This document shows positions 57,711-64,000 of a DNA stretch of 64,000 nt, piece after piece; positions within the stretch are counted from its first letter, which is position 1, and the number at the start of each line of letters is the position of its first letter. Position numbers and translations under genes: made by a program. The DNA comes from Dictyostelium discoideum (Eukaryota): NCBI GenBank assembly GCA_000004695.1, contig CM000152.2, positions 5,440,001 through 5,504,000 on the forward strand, in the 5' to 3' direction. The notes beneath the pieces were generated by a model. It was not told the origin of the DNA and did not search any database. It saw only the letters and a list, made by a program, of their open reading frames with translations.

Positions 57711-59541
57711 ATGGCCACATTATTATTAGTTATCATTTTTATGATAACTTTTATAATTTACAAAAATGTAATGTTATATTTTATATAAATAAATAAACAC
57801 AATATGAACCAATCAAATAATTAAAAGTCAAAAAAAAAAAAAAAAAAAAAAAACCCCATTAAAATCCATCCGTTCATACACAAATTTCTTTGAAAGATCC
57901 AGATTTTTTTTTTTTTTTCCCAAAATTTCACAACATATTAACATTTCTTTTTTTTTTTATCTTTTTAAATTTAATTTTTTTTTTTTTTATTTTTTTTTTT
58001 AATAGTTTGATAGTAAAAGAAAAAATAAATATCCACCGGGACCAATTAATTTACCATTTATTGGTGGATTGTATAAATTAAAACCTGGTAAACAACATTT
58101 ATCTTTAAATGAGCTTTATCAAAAATATGGAAAAGTATTTTCAATGAAATTCGGTTCCTATGACACTGTTATCTTAAATGAGCCTGATGTTATTGTTGAA
58201 GCTTTCCATTTAAATTCAACATCTTTTATGGATAGAATTTTATTACCATCATTTGAAGTTGTTGGAAAGAATCAAAACATTGGTTTCACTCAAACTGAAT
58301 ATTGGAAAAAAATTAGAGGTATCTTAAATATTTCTTTAACAAAATCAAAAACTCGTTTATTAGAAGGTTTATTTAATCAAGAATATTTCAGATTTGATCA
58401 ATTTATTAAAAAACAATTAAAATCAAAAAGTGATACTGTAAGTTTTTTTTTTTTTTTTAAAATTTTTTTTTTTTTATTTTTTTAAAAAAATTAATTCCTA
58501 AATTATTAATTTATTTATTTATTTATTTTTTTAAACATAAAAAAAAAGATGTTTATAAGACCATATTTAAAAAGATTATCATTTAATATTATTTATTCAT
58601 ATTTATTTAGTGAAACTATACCATATGAAGATGAATTGATTCCAAGTGATATTTTAGATTTTATTCATGCCTCTGAGGAATTATTAGTTGTTTTAAGTAG
58701 AATGCCATCTGATTATATTAAAGTTTTAAGACCATTTGAATCACATAAAAAATTAAAAGAAATTTGTGATAGAATGTCAAAATTCATTAAACCAAGAGTT
58801 GATAAGAAAGTTGAATTATTGGATCAAGATAATCCAAAATGTTTCATTGATTATTTAATTTTACAAATTAGATCTGACCCATCACAAACAATTAAAATTG
58901 ATGCAATTCAATATATTGTTTTAGATTTATTAGTTGGTGGTACTGATTCAACAAGTTCTGCATTAGAATGGATGATTTTATTCCTATCAAATCATGAATC
59001 AATTCAAGAGAAATTATATAATGAAATTTGTAAAAATACTAATACCAATACTACTGCTACCACTACCGAAAATGATAATGAATCTTACTTTCCAAAATTA
59101 ATTGAAAAGAATAATTATCCATTATTTAATGCATGTGTAAAAGAAACATTAAGAAGATCTCCACCTGTACCATTAGGTTTACCACATCTTTGTAGTGAAG
59201 ATACTGAAATCGGTGGTTATTTAATTCCAAAAGGTACTCAAATCATTAGTAATATTTATTCAGCTTCAAATTGTGATAAAGTTTTCACTGATCCATTGGA
59301 ATTTAATCCATTACGTTTCATTGAAAATTCACCACCTCAAACAGTCACTTTTTCAACTGGTCCAAGAGTTTGCCCTGGAAAAAATTTAAGTGAAGATGAA
59401 TTATTCTCTTTTGGTACAAAATTATTTAAAACTTTTAAATTTTCAAGACCAAATAAAAATCAATTATATGATGAAGTAGCAATTTTAGGTATTACTTTAG
59501 AACCAAAACCATTTATTACTAAAGTATCTTTAAGATCTTAA
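57711..59541 (+). CDS. Cytochrome P450; exons 57711..57767 (membrane anchor [19 protein letters not shown]), 58006..58437 and 58549..59541
   Basis: The P450 N-terminal [12 protein letters not shown] is present. The heme loop [17 protein letters not shown] and the ETLRR (K-helix ExxR) motif are also present. The introns are GTAATG...AATAG (238 nt) and GTAAGT...AAAAAG (111 nt), all in phase 0. Confidence 0.8.
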
Positions 59542-60017
59542 AAAAAAAAAAAAAAAAAAAAAACTTTTATTTTATAAAGAAATTTTAAATAAAGAAATCG
59601 ATTTTGAACAATTATTAATTTAAATTTACTCTTTTACTTTTTCTAAAGTATTTTTTTTTTTTTTTATAAAATATTTGATTGAATTGGTTAATTTTATTTA
59701 ATTTCTTTTTTAAGTTTTTGTTTTATTTAATTTTTTTTTTTTTATTTTTGGTTTGGCGCTAAAATATTTTAAAAAAAAAAAAGATTTTTTTTTGGCGGTT
59801 TTTTTCTTTTTTTTTTTTTTAAAATTTTTATATTTTTTTTTTTATTTTTTTAAATTATTTACATTCAATAGTATACTATAACATTTTTTTCTTATTTGTT
59901 TTTATTTACACATAATTAATTTTATAAGTGTAAAAAAAAAAAAAAATAAAAAGAAAAAAAAACAAAATAATTTTATTTTAAATAAAATAAAATAAAAAAA
60001 AATAAAAAAATAAAAAA

Positions 60018-60630
60018 ATGAATAGACCAAAAAGAGAAAAGAAATCAATTACAGATGTTTCAACATTAAAATCATTAGAACAAATAAAGAGAGCAAGAGA
60101 TGGTGAGAAAAGAACAGATCAATTACAAGAAGAGGATGATGAAAGAAAGAGATTAGAACAATTGAAAGAACAAGAAACTGAATTCGATAAAGAAGAGAGA
60201 AAAAGAAAGAATAGAGATTTCATTGAAGGTGATAGTGGTTATCGTGAAACAAGTGATAACGAAGATGAAGATGAGGACGAAGATGATGATGGCGATAATA
60301 GTGATGATGATTATAGTTTAGATGAGGATGATGAAGATGGTGGTGGTGATGGTGAAAACAATGATAGTGATCAAGAAGAAGCAATTGAAGTTGGCCGTAA
60401 AAAAAAAAGACAAGTTAAAAAGAAATCAAAGAAAGATGAAAATGGTGAACCAAAAGTTAAAACACCAAGAGTTAAAAAAACAAAAGAAAAAAAGAATGAA
60501 ATCGTTCCTGAAAAAAATCGTATAATTCAATTTATTAATAATCCAACTGAATCAAAATCAACTTCAAATAATGAATCTGTAAGTATTTAATTATTAAATA
60601 ATAATAATAATCATCTTTAATAATCTATAA

Positions 60631-60665
<35 letters not shown>

Positions 60666-63600
60666 CTTTTTCCTAAAGTTCTTTTTTGATAAATTAAAAA
60701 AATCAAATTCGAATACATTAAATTCAACCAATTCAACATTAAATAGTAATGAATTAAGTAGTGGTGGAACAATGTCATCATTGGATATTGAATCAATGCT
60801 TAATGATTTACAAAGTGCACCAGATTCAGAATTAGATTTAGAAAAATTAAAAGAAAAACAATTAGAATTAGAAAAGAAATTAGAGAAAGAAGCATTATTA
60901 AATAAACCAACCATTTCAACTGAAACTATTATAACTGAGGGTGTTGAATTAGATGATAATTATGAATTTGATTTCGATTTTAATAATCCAATTACAACTA
61001 ATAATAATAATAATAATAATACAAAAACAACAACCACAACAACAACTACAACAATAACAAATAAAAATTTAAATAAAGTTAATAGTATGAGTTTACCAAC
61101 TAGACCACAAGCACAACAATTTATATCACCAAAACAAACGAATCAAGAAGATTGGTGGAGTAAAACTGGTGTTGATAGTGTTGTTTTGGTAAAGAAATTA
61201 GAAGAGATTATGCCAAAGAATAGTGATCTTTTAAAGATGAATATGGATGGATCGTTGGATTTCTTTTTATTGACAACTGAAGAGGATAAGCAAGGTAGAA
61301 TCATTCTATTTGGTAAAGTTAAATTACAAGCTTCTAAATCAAATAAACCAGGTGGTGGTGGTGGCGCAACTAAACAAACTTCAATCACTGATGAACCAGT
61401 TACAAAAGTACCACTTAAATATGCCTCATGTTGTATTATCATTGAAAAGATGGAGAGAAATGTATTCTTTTTACCAAGAGATTATAAATTGGATCAGGAT
61501 GGTGAATCCACTACAATTCAAGTCACCGATACAATGATTGAGGCAGAATTGAAACAATTGGTTGACAGATCAAAAATTAAAGATTACAAATTGAAAAAGG
61601 TAAAGAGAACAAGTGCATTCGATTATTCTGTACCCCACAAGAACGGTCCGGTAGGTGAACAACATTATGTTTGGAAATTAAGTTACCCATCCAATCAGAT
61701 GGTTTTCCCAAATGATATCAAAGGTTCAACTTTTAGATGCGCCTATGGCATAACATCATCACCTGTCGAGCTTTTCTTGATAAAGAGAAAGATTATGGGT
61801 CCAACTTGGTTAACAGTGTCAGGTATCACATTGAATTTCGATCAAAAGAAATCATTCGCTCGTTATGAAGCCACTGTTAAATCCTTTAAATCCATTAAAC
61901 CAAGTATGTACAAAAATGAACCATCACCACCATTGACCGTAATGAGTATCAGTACCAAATCAGTTATGAAAGGCTCCTCACATGAGGTTGTAATGATTAG
62001 TTCAGTGATTCATGAATCAATATCAGCCGATGGTCCAACAGAGAATCAAGATTCTATCAAGTATATCACTGCCATTCGTCCATTGACAGGTCAAGTTTTC
62101 CCACCAGATTTTCAAAAACCAGGTGCTTCAACTACTAAACAAAATGTTACCATTTGTACCTCTGAAAGAAATCTATTATCATTCTTTTGTGAAACCGTTT
62201 TAAATGCTGATCCAGATGTTTTCGCAGGTCATAATATCATTGGCTATGATATTGAGGTCATTTTAGATAGATTAGAGAAATTAAAAGTTATGGAATGGGC
62301 ATTCATTGGTCGTCTTAAAAGATCAAGTTTCGATAGATTCAATCATATCTCTGGTCGTTTAATTTGTGATTCCTATTTGGTTTGTAAAGAATTTTTACCA
62401 AAAGAAAAGAATTATTCATTAGTTGAATTATCAAAAAATCAATTATCAATTAATAAACCTGAAATTAATTATTTATCAATTGAACCATATTTTGAAACAA
62501 CTAAAAAGTAAATATAAAATTTATAAATTAATAATTAATATATATAGAATATAGAATATTTATTAATAATTTATTATTTTTTTTTTAGATTAAATATTTT
62601 TATTGAAATTAATGAAAATGATTGTTATATTATATTTTTATTAATTTTCAAATTATTAGTATTCCCGTTAACAAAACAATTAACAAATTTAGCAGGTAAT
62701 CAATGGGATAAATCATTAAAATCAAATAGAGCAGAAAGAATTGAATATTTATTATTACATAATTTCCATGAAAAGAAATATTTATTACCAGATAAAATTT
62801 ATCAAAAATCAAGTAGTAGTGGTGGTGGTGGTGGTGCTAAAGATAAAGATAATCATGCAGCATATAGTGGTGGTTTAGTACTTGATCCAAAAATTGATTT
62901 CTATGATCGTTATGTTGTATTATTAGATTTCAATTCATTGTATCCATCAATTATTCAAGAGTATAATGTTTGTTTTACAACTATTAATCGTGTTAAAAGA
63001 GATGATGGTAAATGGGAAGAAGCAATGCCACCACCATCTTCCATTGAAAAAGGTATACTTCCAAAGGTATTACATGGTTTGGTTTCAAAGAGAAGAGAAA
63101 TTAAAAAGAGAATGGAGCAAGAAAAGAATAAAATAATAAAAGCACAATATGATATTCAACAACAAGCCGTTAAGTTAATTGCAAATTCAATGTATGGTTG
63201 CTTAGGTTTCTCTCATAGTAGATTCTATGCATTACCATTGGCAGAGTTGGTCACTAGAAAGGGTAGAGAAAATCTTCAAAAGGGTGCTTCCATCGTTAAT
63301 AAAATGTGCTATGATGTAATCTATGGTGATACTGATTCCCTTATGATCTACACTGGTGTCGGTACTTTCAATGAAGCTGAAACCATTGGTAAAGAAATTC
63401 AAAAGAAAATCAATGACCAATATCGTGGTAGTGTAATGGAAATTGGTTTAGATGGTATTTTCAAACGTTTATTATTATTTAAAAAGAAGAAATATGCTTG
63501 TTTGAAGGAATTCCGTATCGATTCAACCACTACCAAATGTGAGAGAGAAAATAAAGGTATCGATATTGTTCGTAGAGATTATTGTGACCTCACTAAGGAT

Positions 63601-64000
63601 ATAGGTCAATGGGTTTTAAATTTGATTTTAGGTGGTGAAGAAAAGATTGCACTCTTCTCTTTAATTAAGGAATATTTAGAGAGTGTTCAACAACAAATTA
63701 AAGATAACACACTTGCTGTGGAAAAATTCATTATCACTAAGACCCTCTCAAAACAGCCAGAGGAGTATAATGATGCCGATATTCAACCACATGTTCAAGT
63801 TGCACTTCAAATGAGGGCTAAAGGTTTACATGTCCAACCAGGTGAGCAAGTACCTTACATTATCACACATGGCAATTCATCATCAGATATTAAAGAGGAA
63901 TGGCATCATAGAGCAAGAGCTCCTTCAGATGTTGAATCAATTCAAGATGTTGATATCGATTGGTACCTTTCTCAACAGATTTTACCATCCATTCAACGTA
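60018..64000 (+). CDS. DNA polymerase alpha catalytic subunit (family B), 3' end outside window; exons 60018..60578, 60679..62507 and 62589..>64000
   Basis: The N-terminus is acidic (DEDEDEDDDGDNSDDD) and basic, as in Pol alpha. The family-B motifs are present: motif A DFNSLYPSIIQEYN, KxxxNSxYG (KLIANSMYGCLGF) and motif C IYGDTDS. The pre-polymerase region PLTKQLTNLAGNQWDKSL matches the Pol1/POLA1 pattern. The introns are GTAAGT...CTAAAG (100 nt) and GTAAAT...TTTTTTAG (81 nt), and phases are consistent. Confidence 0.85.

Overview
This window reads as Dictyostelium discoideum nuclear DNA. It is extremely AT-rich, with long poly-A/T intergenic tracts. Coding regions are full of (AAT)n and (CAA)n tracts giving poly-Asn and poly-Gln runs. 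Introns are short (about 70-240 nt), AT-rich, and follow GTAAGT/GTATGT...AG rules. Genes are dense: I support about 27 protein-coding genes on both strands, many with small introns. The six-frame ORF track splits several of these genes, and it reports TTG or GTG as 'M' at some ORF starts.

Recognised genes, in order:
- a protein tyrosine phosphatase, 5' partial (HCSAGIGRSG motif)
- an NVL/Rix7-type double-AAA ATPase with a hidden N-terminal exon
- a 2265-aa multidomain protein with ankyrin repeats, a degenerate PI3/4-kinase-like segment and a Roc-like segment
- two cytochrome P450s, each with a tiny first exon encoding the membrane anchor
- a polyQ protein with an RPA-like OB fold
- a cytochrome-b5-fused front-end (delta-5 type) fatty acid desaturase containing a 19-nt microexon
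- a two-domain saposin-like secreted protein
- an L7Ae-fold protein (Rpp38/Pop3-like)
- a U-box E3 ligase
- a TPR protein
- a GPH/MFS transporter
- a Rad60/Esc2-type protein with two SUMO-like domains
- an F-box-like protein next to an FNIP-repeat protein
- a GPI-type surface protein
- an Rce1/CPBP CAAX protease in four exons
- the tandem hisactophilin genes hatA and hatB
- a secreted CDA-fold deaminase
- a family-C (Grl-type) GPCR
- two tandem ML-domain (Npc2-like) paralogs
- a Q/T-rich protein interrupted by a 100-N assembly gap
- the 5' part of the DNA polymerase alpha catalytic subunit

I found no tRNA or rRNA genes, no CRISPR array, and no intact transposon. The observations I rate most notable are the cryptic NVL N-terminal exon, the secreted deaminase, the giant pseudo-enzyme-like protein, the desaturase microexon, and the intron presence/absence difference between the ML paralogs.
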